64,000 bases of DNA from an uncultured Alphaproteobacteria bacterium. Lineage in GTDB: Bacteria > Pseudomonadota > Alphaproteobacteria > Rhizobiales > Xanthobacteraceae. The stretch's first letter is position 1. The number at the start of each line of letters is the position of its first letter. A program made the translations under genes and the position numbers. This document shows, in pieces, positions 1 to 10,794 of the stretch. The stretch covers positions 21,151 to 85,150 of the forward strand of contig CAVRMY010000055.1 of NCBI GenBank assembly GCA_963721935.1, written 5' to 3'. Under the pieces are notes generated by a model that saw only the letters and a program-made list of their open reading frames with translations, ran no database searches and was not told where the DNA came from.

Positions 1-310
1 GGTCACCGCTGCGCAGGACGGCACCAGCCTGATGCGGGCCGAAATCGCCCATGGCAAGGCCTATGGTGCGCTGGCGATGGGCATGGGCTCGCGCGCGTTG
101 TTCCAAAGGGCGCAGGAGCAGGCCTATTTCGTCGACGCGGTGAACTCGCTGGCGCAGGGGCGCCTGGTGCCAGTGCCCGGCGGCGTCCTGATCCAGGATG
201 GCGGCACGCTGCTCGGCGCGGTCGGCGTTTCCGGCGACACCTCGGACAATGACGAGATCTGCGCCATCGCCGGCATCGAGGCGGCCGGATTGAAGGCAAA
301 TCCGGGGTAG
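1..310 (+). CDS. GlcG/HbpS family heme-binding protein, 5' truncated by the window edge
   Basis: Frame is open from the window start; contains KAYGALAMG, GGVLI and GAVGVSGDTSDNDE motifs typical of GlcG/HbpS. Confidence 0.85.
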   Translation, partial: VTAAQDGTSLMRAEIAHGKAYGALAMGMGSRALFQRAQEQAYFVDAVNSLAQGRLVPVPGGVLIQDGGTLLGAVGVSGDTSDNDEICAIAGIEAAGLKANPG

Positions 311-336
311 GAACGTAGCCCGCAATTTCGCCCGAT

Positions 337-436
337 GTCGTGTGCGGGCTTCGACCCGCGCCCGGCAATCCATCATCCCTTCGCGAGAATCATTTTGCGA
401 AGAAGATGGATACGCGGGTCAAGCCCGCGTATGACG
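337..436. repeat. REP-like palindromic intergenic repeat
   Basis: GCGGGCTTCGACCCGC and GCGGGTCAAGCCCGC hairpins flanking an ATCCATC...GATGGAT stem. Confidence 0.75.
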
Positions 437-454
437 CGCCGACGTCGCGGCACT

Positions 455-729
455 GATTTGCGGTCCTGTCCAGCCAGTCTTGAAAAAATTTTTCGCTTTT
501 TCAATTGGTAGAAACAGCAGTAGAGCGGTGCCATCCTGCACCGCCGAGAGGGGCGTATCGCGATCGTCACGAAACGTGGAGCGGGATGCGATGGACGCCG
601 ATGGTGCTGCAAGACGAGCGGTGCCGTCGCGGACGGCGAAGTCGTGTGGTTCTGGCGCCCCGACGCTGGCGCCAAGTTCGTGGACCAATTCACGAGCGAC
701 GGGGGCAAGAAAGCCCGGTCCCCGGGAAG
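455..729. repeat. Left part of a long structured intergenic repeat, interrupted by IS110
   Basis: Several hairpins (CACG-AAA-CGTG; GGCGCC...GGCGCC; TCGTG...CACGA; CCCGG-TCC-CCGGG at 714-726). The sequence continues at 2035 once the IS is removed. Left boundary approximate. Confidence 0.65.
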
Positions 730-884
730 CAACTGTGTAGAAGTAGACCCGCGGTCGGCCAGGGCTCAAGGCTGGCGCTACGCGCCCCCGCCTTCGGCGG
801 CTGACGGCCTTGACCCCGTCCGCTCGCCGGTCTGTTGGCTTTGCAAGCGCTCGGTCGCGAACCGAGCGCCACATGGCGCGCTCG

Positions 885-2235
<1,351 letters not shown>

Positions 2236-2239
2236 CCCA

Positions 2240-2326
2240 CGTCATTGCGAGGAGCGAAGCGACGAAGCAATCCAAGCCTTCTCTACGGCGACATTCTGGA
2301 TTGCTTCGCTACCGCTCGCAATGACG
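2240..2326. repeat. REP-like palindrome, family 'GTCATTGCGAG...GAAGCAATCCA', copy 1
   Basis: CGTCATTGCGAG...GAAGCAATCCA / TGGATTGCTTC...CTCGCAATGACG; related copies at 7381, 21728 and 21837. Confidence 0.85.
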
Positions 2327-2368
2327 GCGGTGAAAGCGATTGGCTGTTTGACATGTTGAAGACGAAGA

Positions 2369-4111
2369 CTACCCCCGCGCGATCAGGGGAAGCGTCATGT
2401 AAACGTTCGTACCCCTGCCTGGCGTCGAGGCAAGCGTGACCGTGCCGCCGAGTTGTTGCGTCACCAGATTGTAGACGATGTAAAGGCCAAGGCCGGTGCT
2501 GCCCTCGGCGCGCCTGGTGGTGAAGAACGGATCGAACACGTGCCGCTGGATCGCCTCGGGGATGCCTATGCCGTCATCGGAGAAAGTGATCTGGACATGG
2601 TCCGTACCGAGCCGGTGTGCCGCGATCAGCATGTGTCCGCCCGGCCTATTGGTGAATCCGTGCGTAACCGCGTTGAAGATAAGGTTGGTCAAAGCCTGCC
2701 CGTAAGGGCCGGGGAAGCTGTCCATGACGATATCGGATGGCATTTCGACTGCGAGCGAGGATTGAGATTTCAACAACCGCGACCGTACGCTCGCGACGAC
2801 CTGCTCGGTCGCCAGTTTGAGGTCGAAGGCACGCCGGTCGTCGCTCGAGCGATCGACCGCGACCTGCTTGAACGATTGGATGAGTTCTCCGGCGCGTTGC
2901 AGGTTCGCGACGAGTTGCTGCGCCGCGCCGCGAGTGCCGTCGGCGAAGTCGGAAAGCTGGACGCGCCGGAGCTGCCCCGAGGAGATCTGGTTCGTGAAGT
3001 CGGCACTGCGGTGCGCCAACGTCGAAGCGATCGTCAAACTCGTGCCGATCGGGCTCGAGATCTCGTGCGCGACGCCTGCGACCAGGCCGCCAAGTGCGGC
3101 AAGCCTCTCGGATTCGATGAGATAGCGTTGCGTTTCGCTGGCATGCAGGGCGGCCTCTGCCAGCCGCCTCTTGTCCCTGATCTCGGCAAACAGCGCAGCG
3201 AGAACCGACGCGCCGATCGTCACAAGCAGAATGCTGACCTGGGCGGCAAGCACGCGCTCATCGATTGAAAGCGTGAGACTGCCGAAATAGCCAATGCCAA
3301 AGGTTGTGGTCCAGACGATGGAAAGGCTGACGATGAAGGCGGCTGCCGCGGCGAAAACCGGCCGGCAACGCGCAGCCAGCCACAGCAGCGGCGCAAACAG
3401 CACCGCCACGGGGCCAACGTTTGCAAGCAGCTCCGAGCGCAGGAAAATGGCGAATCCGCTCACCAGCGCCAGCGCCGCAACCGTCAAACCGCCTTCGATG
3501 AGTTCGCTCACGGGCGGCCGGTCGCGCGAGGCCGAGGCAAGTTCGATGAACAGCGGCGCGACAGCGATGATTCCGAGGCCGTCGGACGCGAACCATTGCT
3601 CCCAGGTGTTCAATATCGGCGCGCTCGCGCTGTGAAATAGCTTGAAGCCGATGGTACCGCCGATCCCCGAGACAGCAGCGCCTATCACCGCAGCTCCCGC
3701 CAACCCCAGCACATTGCGCGGCTTGTTCAGCCTGAACTCCGAACCGAAATTGCGCCCGATGAGCCATGCCGTGAGCACGGCCTCGCCCGCATTGCACAGG
3801 GCGAAAAGGACGGCGCTCCAGATCGTGCGATCGCCAAAGAGATTTGCCGCAATCGTCGCCGCCATGGTGCCGAAGACGACCGGCCAGAGCGCGTGCCACC
3901 CGAGCGCGATCAGGACGCCGGCGGAAACACCGGCCGCAGGCCAGAAAACCGCAACGCCTTCAGGTTTGGTCAAAAGACCGAGGCCGAGCCTGGCGGCCAC
4001 GAAATAGACGACGCCCACCGCAATGGTGAGCCCGATCGAGGGACCCCATCGTGTCAGGTCGATGCCGGTAGTCAGTTCGCGCTGAACCTGTATCCCCAGA
4101 GATTGCCGCAC
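2369..4111 (-). CDS. MASE1-domain sensor histidine kinase
   Basis: Multi-TM N-terminus with VFWPAAG and WFASDGLG; H-box VAHEISSPIG; N, G1 and G2 boxes (NLIFNAVTHG, DDGIGI, GSTGLGL). Confidence 0.9.
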   Translation of the reverse strand: MRQSLGIQVQRELTTGIDLTRWGPSIGLTIAVGVVYFVAARLGLGLLTKPEGVAVFWPAAGVSAGVLIALGWHALWPVVFGTMAATIAANLFGDRTIWSAVLFALCNAGEAVLTAWLIGRNFGSEFRLNKPRNVLGLAGAAVIGAAVSGIGGTIGFKLFHSASAPILNTWEQWFASDGLGIIAVAPLFIELASASRDRPPVSELIEGGLTVAALALVSGFAIFLRSELLANVGPVAVLFAPLLWLAARCRPVFAAAAAFIVSLSIVWTTTFGIGYFGSLTLSIDERVLAAQVSILLVTIGASVLAALFAEIRDKRRLAEAALHASETQRYLIESERLAALGGLVAGVAHEISSPIGTSLTIASTLAHRSADFTNQISSGQLRRVQLSDFADGTRGAAQQLVANLQRAGELIQSFKQVAVDRSSDDRRAFDLKLATEQVVASVRSRLLKSQSSLAVEMPSDIVMDSFPGPYGQALTNLIFNAVTHGFTNRPGGHMLIAAHRLGTDHVQITFSDDGIGIPEAIQRHVFDPFFTTRRAEGSTGLGLYIVYNLVTQQLGGTVTLASTPGRGTNVYMTLPLIARG

Positions 4112-4253
4112 GCCACGCCCTCCCCAGGAGGCACTATTACCACGAAACCAAATTAAATGCCGTGGTATTTTAAATGCCGCGGAATTTCGGCGATCGAGGT
4201 CCTTTCGGCGGCCGCGAGATTGGGTGAAAAAGCGGCGGCGGCGAATTTAACCG

Positions 4254-6440
4254 CTATGGCGTGCTGCCCATGAATTCGATCAGCGCCTGGCGGACGCGCA
4301 AGACCACGGTGCCCCACTCGCGCCTCGCGTCCTGTCGAAACAGGCGCGCGCTTGGGTACCAGGGGCTATCGTCCCTCTTGAACAGCCAGCGCCAATCGGG
4401 GGCATGGGTCAACAAGACCCAGACCGGCTTTCCCAATGCGCCGGCCAGATGCGCGACGCTGGTGTCGACGGATATGACGAGATCGAGCTGCGAGATCAGC
4501 GCTGCCGTATCCGAGTAATCTTCGAGCCTCTCGCCGAAATCCAGCAGGCCGCAACCGGCCAGCGTCGCCGCGTCACAGGCGCGAACTTCCTTCTGCAGGC
4601 TCACGAAGGTCGCATCGATCTCAAGGAGCGTGACGAGGTCGGCAAGCCTCATCGAACGCTCCCGATCCCGGACATGTTTCGCATTGCCGGCCCAAGCAAG
4701 CCCGATCTTCGGGAAGCGTTTCGATCCGAGCAGCGCGCCCCAATCCTGCCGGCCATGCCGTGGCGTGCGCAGGTATGGATCGGCCGACGGGATTGTCGCC
4801 AGCGTGGTCTTGAATGCCAGAGGCAGGCTCGGAAGGGGACATTGGAGATCGAAGCGCGGCAGATCGTCGCCCCTGGCAACAATCTGTGCCGCGCCGGCCA
4901 GACCGGTCACAAGTTCGCGGAGCGGCCTTTCGACTTCGACGATGACGCGCGCGTCGCGTGCGGCGACCAGCGGCACGTAACGGCAAAACTGGATGCTGTC
5001 GCCAAAGCCCTGCTCGCTGTGAAGCAGGATCGTCCTGCCGGCGATAGCGTCCTCTCCGCGCCACAGCGGCTGGCTGAAATCGCGTTCCACCCTTCGCAGC
5101 GACGGAGCCTTGCGGCGCCACTCATATTCGATCCATCCACGCTCGAAATCACCGGTGACGAGGCTCGACAGAGCTTTGAGGAAATGCGCGTCGGCATGGT
5201 CGGGACGCAGCGCTATCGCGCGATCGTAACTCGCAAGCGCATCGTCGAACCGCAAGAGGTCGTAGAGCACGACACCACGATTGACCAGCGCCTCGACGCA
5301 GTCCGGCTGCACCGCCAGCGCAGCGTCGTGGCTGGCCAATGCCTGTTCCAGCCGGCGGAGCTTGCGCAGGGCAACGCCGTGGCTGTTGAACCCGGCGCCA
5401 CCGCCCGGCCGCGCGGCCAATGTTTCCTCGCGCTTGTCCAGAGCCGCGTCCTGGCGCGCGAGATCATGCAAGGCGACGCCGCGATTGGTCAACGCGTCGA
5501 CATTATCCGGCTCAAGCGCAAGCGCGCGGCGGAAGCTCTCCACCGCCTCGGCGCATCGCCCCAACTCACGCAGCGTGCCGCCGCGATTGACGAGCACCTT
5601 CGGATAATCCGGATGCAAGGCCAGCGCACGATCGTAGCTCGACAACGCTTCGCCGAACCGCCCCAGCCTGTGCAGGACAACGCCACGGTTGTGAAGCGCT
5701 TCGACGTGATCCGCCTGCACCTTGAGTGCCGCATCGTAGCTGACCAACGCCTCGTCACGGCGGCCCAATCCGTCAAGGGCGTTTCCGCGATTGCTGAGCG
5801 CATCGGCATTTTCAGGCCGCAGCGAGATGGCGCGATCATGATCCGCAAGCGCGTCGCCGAAGCGCTTCAGCTCATGGAGGGTGATGCCGCGGTTGACCAG
5901 CGCCTCGACCATATCGGGGCGCAGCGCGAGCGCTGCGTCGTAACTTGCCAGCGCCTCGCGGTGCCGTCCCAACGCCCGCAGCGTAACGCCGCGATTATTC
6001 AGGGTTTCCGGATGGTCCGGCCGAAGGGCAAGCGCGCGGTCATAACCACCCAGCGCCTCGTCGTGCCGGCCGAGCTCCTGCAGGACGCCCGCCCGGTTAT
6101 TGAGGACCTCCACATGGTCCGCCTGAAGGCCGAGTGCGCGGTCGAAGCTTTCGAGGGCCTCCTGGTAGCGCCTGATCTTTTTCAGCACCGCGCCGCGGTT
6201 GCTGAGCGCCTGGACAAAATCGGGTCGCAGCGCGAGCGCGCGATCGTAGCAGGGGAGCGCCGCCTCGTATCTGCCGAACGACGTATGGACGACGGCCAAA
6301 AGATTCAGCGTGGCGGCCGAGTCGGGATCAGCCGACAATATCCTCAAGCATATCTGCTCGGCCTCGGCCAGTTTGCCGCCATAGAAGGATTTCAAGGCAA
6401 CGTCGAAAGCTTCCGATACCGTCAGCGATATGGTCGTCAT
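4254..6440 (-). CDS. TPR-repeat protein with C-terminal GT9-like glycosyltransferase domain
   Basis: Many 34-aa repeats (ALASYDRALALRPD..EAL.NRG) followed by SEQGFGDSIQFCRY and DLVISVDTSVAHLAGALGKP. Confidence 0.88.
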   Translation of the reverse strand: MTTISLTVSEAFDVALKSFYGGKLAEAEQICLRILSADPDSAATLNLLAVVHTSFGRYEAALPCYDRALALRPDFVQALSNRGAVLKKIRRYQEALESFDRALGLQADHVEVLNNRAGVLQELGRHDEALGGYDRALALRPDHPETLNNRGVTLRALGRHREALASYDAALALRPDMVEALVNRGITLHELKRFGDALADHDRAISLRPENADALSNRGNALDGLGRRDEALVSYDAALKVQADHVEALHNRGVVLHRLGRFGEALSSYDRALALHPDYPKVLVNRGGTLRELGRCAEAVESFRRALALEPDNVDALTNRGVALHDLARQDAALDKREETLAARPGGGAGFNSHGVALRKLRRLEQALASHDAALAVQPDCVEALVNRGVVLYDLLRFDDALASYDRAIALRPDHADAHFLKALSSLVTGDFERGWIEYEWRRKAPSLRRVERDFSQPLWRGEDAIAGRTILLHSEQGFGDSIQFCRYVPLVAARDARVIVEVERPLRELVTGLAGAAQIVARGDDLPRFDLQCPLPSLPLAFKTTLATIPSADPYLRTPRHGRQDWGALLGSKRFPKIGLAWAGNAKHVRDRERSMRLADLVTLLEIDATFVSLQKEVRACDAATLAGCGLLDFGERLEDYSDTAALISQLDLVISVDTSVAHLAGALGKPVWVLLTHAPDWRWLFKRDDSPWYPSARLFRQDARREWGTVVLRVRQALIEFMGSTP

Positions 6441-6575
6441 TTCGATCTGTATTCAGTTGGCAGGCTACTCCTTATCTGACTCGCCCGCTCTCAGGCCAGC
6501 GCTGATCGGGCCGCCAACGGCGAATCGTCACCCCGATCAATTCCGCAAGGTCGTGCAATGCCAACGTCGCCTGGG

Positions 6576-7358
6576 CTATTTCCCCGGCCACGAGGGCTTT
6601 CGCTTCTCCGCGAATGCCCTCAACCCCTCTTTGGCGTCCTCGGTCATCGCCAGAAGTGCAATCTGGCCTTCGGTGTAGGCGATGGCCTCGTCGAACGACA
6701 TCGAGGCGATCGCGCGCATGGCATATTTGCCGCGCCTGATCGCGGTCGGCGACTTGTCGGTGATGCGGCCGATCAGCCAGTCGAGCCTGGCGTCGAGCTC
6801 GGCCTGCGGCACGACGTAGTTGAGCAGGCCTGCTTCCTGCGCGGTCCTCGCATCGAACGGCTCGCCGGTGATCGCCCATTCATTCACGATGCGCCGCGGC
6901 GCCATCGACTGGAGCAGGCTGAGCACCTGCATCGGAAACACACCGACCTTGACCTCGGGCAATCCGAACATCACGTGATCGGCCGCGACCGCCATGTCGG
7001 TCATGCACAACAGGCCCATGCCGCCGGCCATGCAGACGCCGTTGACCCGTGCGATCGCAGGCTTGGTGGCGTTCTGCGACAGCCGCAGCAGATCGGCGTA
7101 GTCGACATTGGGTCTGGAAAAATCGGCGGCAAAGGCGCCGCCGGTGTTCTGCAAATCTGCTCCGGCGCAAAATGCCTTCTCGCCTGCACCGGTCAGGACG
7201 ATCACGCGCACCTCCTTGTCGTCATGGGCGCTGCGGTAGCCCTTGGCGATGCCGGCGATGACATCGCCGTTGATGGCGTTGCGCTTCTCCGGACGGTTGA
7301 TAGTGATCCAGAGCGCGCTTGCGCGTTTCTCGATCAGGACGGTGTTGCTGTCGGTCAT
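6576..7358 (-). CDS. Enoyl-CoA hydratase/isomerase family protein
   Basis: INRPEKRNAI, AFCAGADL, FGLPEVKVG; start placed at MTDSN because the longer ORF start lies in a repeat. Confidence 0.92.
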   Translation of the reverse strand: MTDSNTVLIEKRASALWITINRPEKRNAINGDVIAGIAKGYRSAHDDKEVRVIVLTGAGEKAFCAGADLQNTGGAFAADFSRPNVDYADLLRLSQNATKPAIARVNGVCMAGGMGLLCMTDMAVAADHVMFGLPEVKVGVFPMQVLSLLQSMAPRRIVNEWAITGEPFDARTAQEAGLLNYVVPQAELDARLDWLIGRITDKSPTAIRRGKYAMRAIASMSFDEAIAYTEGQIALLAMTEDAKEGLRAFAEKRKPSWPGK

Positions 7359-7380
7359 GGTCGTGCTCGCCTGTTTCTGC

Positions 7381-7464
7381 CGTCTTTGCGAGCGCAAGCG
7401 AAGCAATCCATGGCGCCGCAAGGAGAGAATGGATTGCTTCGTCGCTTCGCTCCTCGCAATGACG
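7381..7464. repeat. REP-like palindrome, same family as 2240-2326, copy 2
   Basis: GAAGCAATCCA...TGGATTGCTTC...CTCGCAATGACG. Confidence 0.8.
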
Positions 7465-7518
7465 AGAGTATGATCCCGAAGGTGGGAAATGCTTCTTGGG
7501 CGGCCAAAGGCCAGCCGA

Positions 7519-9636
7519 TCAAGGCGTGGGAAATGCAGCCGGAGTTGCCTTCTTCACCCAGACCTTGTTGTCATGGAAGGCCGCACCGCCAAAGGGAGCG
7601 ACGGCTTCGGCGCCCGTGAGCATGTTGATGCCGCGGCCGCCGATATGGGCCTTGTTCGGATGCACGGACTCCGCGATCAAGACGCCGCGCCGCACGCCGT
7701 CAAACAGCTTCGCCGCCAGCGTGGTCTCGCCGCGCATGTTGCCGAGCGTGACAGGATCGCCATCGGCAATGCCAAGGGAAGCGGCGTCGTCGGGATGGAT
7801 CATCACGCTGGGGGCACCCTCGCGTGCCTGTGACGACGGCGTCTCGTTGAAGCTGGTGTTGAGGAAGCTGCGCGATGGGCTGGTGGCAAGCCGGAACGGA
7901 TGGGTCTCATCTGCCTCCTCGATCGAAGTCCAGTGATCCGGCAGCGACGGCATATTGTCCCAGGCCCCCATCAGGCCGGCATTGCCGAGGGGAACGCGAC
8001 CCCAATCGGCCTTGAAATGAAACTTGCCATCCGCATGCGCGAAGCCGTCGAGATAATGCGAGGTGCGGAAGTCCGGCTGGACGTCGCGCCACAGATCGGC
8101 CTCCAGCGCCTCGATGCCGCCATGCCCGCTCTTTCTGAGCGTGGCATCGATCAGTTCACGCGCGGTCATCTCGAAGCCGGGATGCGCGGCGCCCAGACGC
8201 TTGGCAAGACCTTGCAACACCTCGTGGTTGGAGCGGCATTCGCCGGGCGGCTCGATCAGCTTGGCGCCGACGGAAATGTGCTGATGACCCCCACCGTAAT
8301 AGAGGTCGTCATGCTCCATGAACATCGTGGCCGGAAGCACGAGATCGGCCATCTGGGCGGTCTCGGTCATGAATTGCTCGTGCACCGCGACGAACAGGTC
8401 GTCGCGTGCAAATCCCCGGCGCACCAGCGCCTGCTCCGGCGCGACCGTCATCGGATTGGTGTTCTGGATCAGCATCGCCTTGACCGGCGGACCATTCTTG
8501 AGCGCGGCCGCATCCCCCGTTAGGATGCGTCCGATCTTTGACTGGTCGAGCACCCGCGTCGAGCGGTCGATCGCATCATGGCCTTCGATGATGGATTCGT
8601 CGAATTTCCAGATCGCGTAATTGTTGAAGAACGCGCCGCCGCCTTCGTACTGCCAGGCGCCGGTCACCGCGGGAATGCACAGCGCCGCATGCATCTGCGC
8701 TGCGCCGTTGCGGCTTCGCGTGAAGCCATAGCCGAGGCGGAAAAATGCGCGCTTGGTCTGCCCGACCGCGCGGGCGAACGCCTCGATCTCCTTTACCGGT
8801 ACGCCGCAGATCGCCGACGCCCATTCGGGGTTGCGGGTCTTCAGATGCGCCTCGAGCTCGGCGGGGCAATCAGTGTAGCGATCAAGATAATCGCGATCCG
8901 CATAGCCGTCGCGGAACAGCACATGCATGACGCCGCAAGCGAATGCGCCGTCGGTACCCGGCCGCAGGATGATCTTGATGTCGGCCTGCTTGACCGTGTC
9001 GTTGTTGTAGATGTCGACTGCTGCGATCCTGGCGCCGCGCTCCTTTCGGGCGCGCATCGCATGCGTCATTACATTGACCTGGGTGTTCACCGGATTGGTG
9101 CCCCAGATCACGATCAGGTCGGAGACGCCCATTTCGCGCGGATCGACGCCGGCGACCTTGCCCGTTCCGGCGGCAAATCCCACCCGCGCAATGGTCGAAC
9201 AGATCGTGGAGTAGAAGCGGGAATATCTCTTCACATGGGCAAGACGGTTGATGCCGTCGCGCATCACAAGCCCCATGGTGCCAGCGTAATAATAGGGCCA
9301 CACCGATTGCGCGCCGAACTCGCGCTCCGCGGCATCGAACCGGTTGGCGATTTCATCGAGCGCGTCATCCCAGGAAATCCGCGCGAATTTACCCGAGCCC
9401 TTCGGCCCGACGCGAAACATCGGATGGGTCACCCGATCGGGATGATGGATGCGTTCGGCATAACGGGCGACCTTGGCGCACACCACGCCCGCCGTATAGG
9501 TCTGCAGCTTGGAACCGCGCACCCGGCCAATCGTGGCCTTGTCGATCACCTCGACATCCAGCGCGCAGGCCGACGGACAGTCGTGCGGACAGGTGGAATG
9601 CCGGATGTCGATCTTGACGTTCTGGTTCATGGCCAA
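7519..9636 (-). CDS. Molybdopterin oxidoreductase (DMSO reductase/MopB superfamily) with N-terminal Fe-S motif
   Basis: CPHDCPSAC plus CAKV Fe-S motif; WGTNP, DLVLPAT and MIHPDDA molydopterin-binding signatures. Confidence 0.92.
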   Translation of the reverse strand: MAMNQNVKIDIRHSTCPHDCPSACALDVEVIDKATIGRVRGSKLQTYTAGVVCAKVARYAERIHHPDRVTHPMFRVGPKGSGKFARISWDDALDEIANRFDAAEREFGAQSVWPYYYAGTMGLVMRDGINRLAHVKRYSRFYSTICSTIARVGFAAGTGKVAGVDPREMGVSDLIVIWGTNPVNTQVNVMTHAMRARKERGARIAAVDIYNNDTVKQADIKIILRPGTDGAFACGVMHVLFRDGYADRDYLDRYTDCPAELEAHLKTRNPEWASAICGVPVKEIEAFARAVGQTKRAFFRLGYGFTRSRNGAAQMHAALCIPAVTGAWQYEGGGAFFNNYAIWKFDESIIEGHDAIDRSTRVLDQSKIGRILTGDAAALKNGPPVKAMLIQNTNPMTVAPEQALVRRGFARDDLFVAVHEQFMTETAQMADLVLPATMFMEHDDLYYGGGHQHISVGAKLIEPPGECRSNHEVLQGLAKRLGAAHPGFEMTARELIDATLRKSGHGGIEALEADLWRDVQPDFRTSHYLDGFAHADGKFHFKADWGRVPLGNAGLMGAWDNMPSLPDHWTSIEEADETHPFRLATSPSRSFLNTSFNETPSSQAREGAPSVMIHPDDAASLGIADGDPVTLGNMRGETTLAAKLFDGVRRGVLIAESVHPNKAHIGGRGINMLTGAEAVAPFGGAAFHDNKVWVKKATPAAFPTP

Positions 9637-9872
9637 TGGTTAACACCAAAACCGCGGATAACCAGCGCAATTATCCAGCAGCCAGCGCGTAAATGGCCGG
9701 CGAGCCATGCATCACCCGCCTAAATGAGCTCGTGATTGCCGTGGATCGCCCGCCAGTTGACGTAACGGGCGGCTCCGCACGGCGACACGGCAGACGCGCG
9801 CAACGCCACGCGGTGGCGATGGTTGCGACGGCCGAGCCGACAACGTCGGGGCGTTGGATGCGCGGCCGATTG

Positions 9873-10496
9873 CTAAAACCTGAGGAACGGCACGATCATC
9901 GGTACACGGCGGCAATAGGATCCATATGCCTCCGCGCCCAGTTCGGCAGTAAGAAAGCGCTCCTCCATGTGCCCCTTCTGCCATTCGCCAAAAGAGATCA
10001 GCAGGACGCCAAGCAGCGCGGGCCATGTCGCAATCGCAATGCCGGTGGCAATTAGCCCGATCATCTGGCCGGTGTAGATCGGATGACGCACTATTCCGTA
10101 AGGCCCGGTATCGACAATCCGATGGTCCTCCTTGTGCGTTATGGCGTTGGACCACAAGCGCCCGAGATGGATCCGCCCCCACCAGGTGAAGGACAGCCCC
10201 AGCACCACCACGACCGCCAGCGCGTAGGTTCCCCCGTTGCCGGCGTGATAGAACTGCTCCGCACCCAACAGACGCTCGGTCGGAGGCATCAGCAAAATCG
10301 CACCCAAGAGAATCGGCAACCGATAGGCCCAGGAATCGCGGGTGGGCACGTACGACCTGGTTCGGCCGGACCAGAAGGAGGCGACAATCCAGCTGATGAC
10401 CCAGGCAAGCCAGATCAATGACAGCAAGCCCGTCGGCCATGTGACCAGCCAGCCGCTGAACACAGCTTGGATAATTTCGCGGGGAGCACCAAGCAT
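9873..10496 (-). CDS. Isoprenylcysteine carboxylmethyltransferase-like membrane methyltransferase
   Basis: HLGRLWS...DHRIVDTGPYGIVRHPIYTG and EERFL motifs; several TM helices. Confidence 0.85.
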   Translation of the reverse strand: MLGAPREIIQAVFSGWLVTWPTGLLSLIWLAWVISWIVASFWSGRTRSYVPTRDSWAYRLPILLGAILLMPPTERLLGAEQFYHAGNGGTYALAVVVVLGLSFTWWGRIHLGRLWSNAITHKEDHRIVDTGPYGIVRHPIYTGQMIGLIATGIAIATWPALLGVLLISFGEWQKGHMEERFLTAELGAEAYGSYCRRVPMIVPFLRF

Positions 10497-10794
10497 CTTC
10501 AAAACCTTGCGCCTTGTCGATTGGGGATGCCACCGCCCGCGCCGCGAAACGGGCACCCTCGACGTGTCGCCGACGACGCCTGCCCCGTCAAGTGGTCGAG
10601 CATCAATCCCGGCGGGGGGGGGCGGCCAGTTCGGCGAGCCTGTTTGCGAACATTTCCTTGCCGTTGTGCCTTGGAAGGCAGCGCGTAATGCCTTGAATTG
10701 AGTATTTTGTGCAATCCCCGATTGTGAGCGAGACAAATTGGCCGGGCGAATCTAGTCTACCGGTTGGGGAAGATAAGGGGACGGGGGGACTTTT

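Noticed and set aside
734-745. IS1111-type subterminal inverted repeats
   Set aside because: Only about 6 of 12 positions match the other end (a 5-bp TGTGT core), and the guide RNA is upstream of the CDS, which fits the IS110 subgroup.
4900-6400. Roughly 102-bp periodicity resembling an array
   Set aside because: Explained by 34-aa TPR coding repeats; no constant repeat with unique spacers, so not CRISPR.
4404-6479. 691-aa plus-strand ORF
   Set aside because: Antisense shadow of the high-GC TPR gene.
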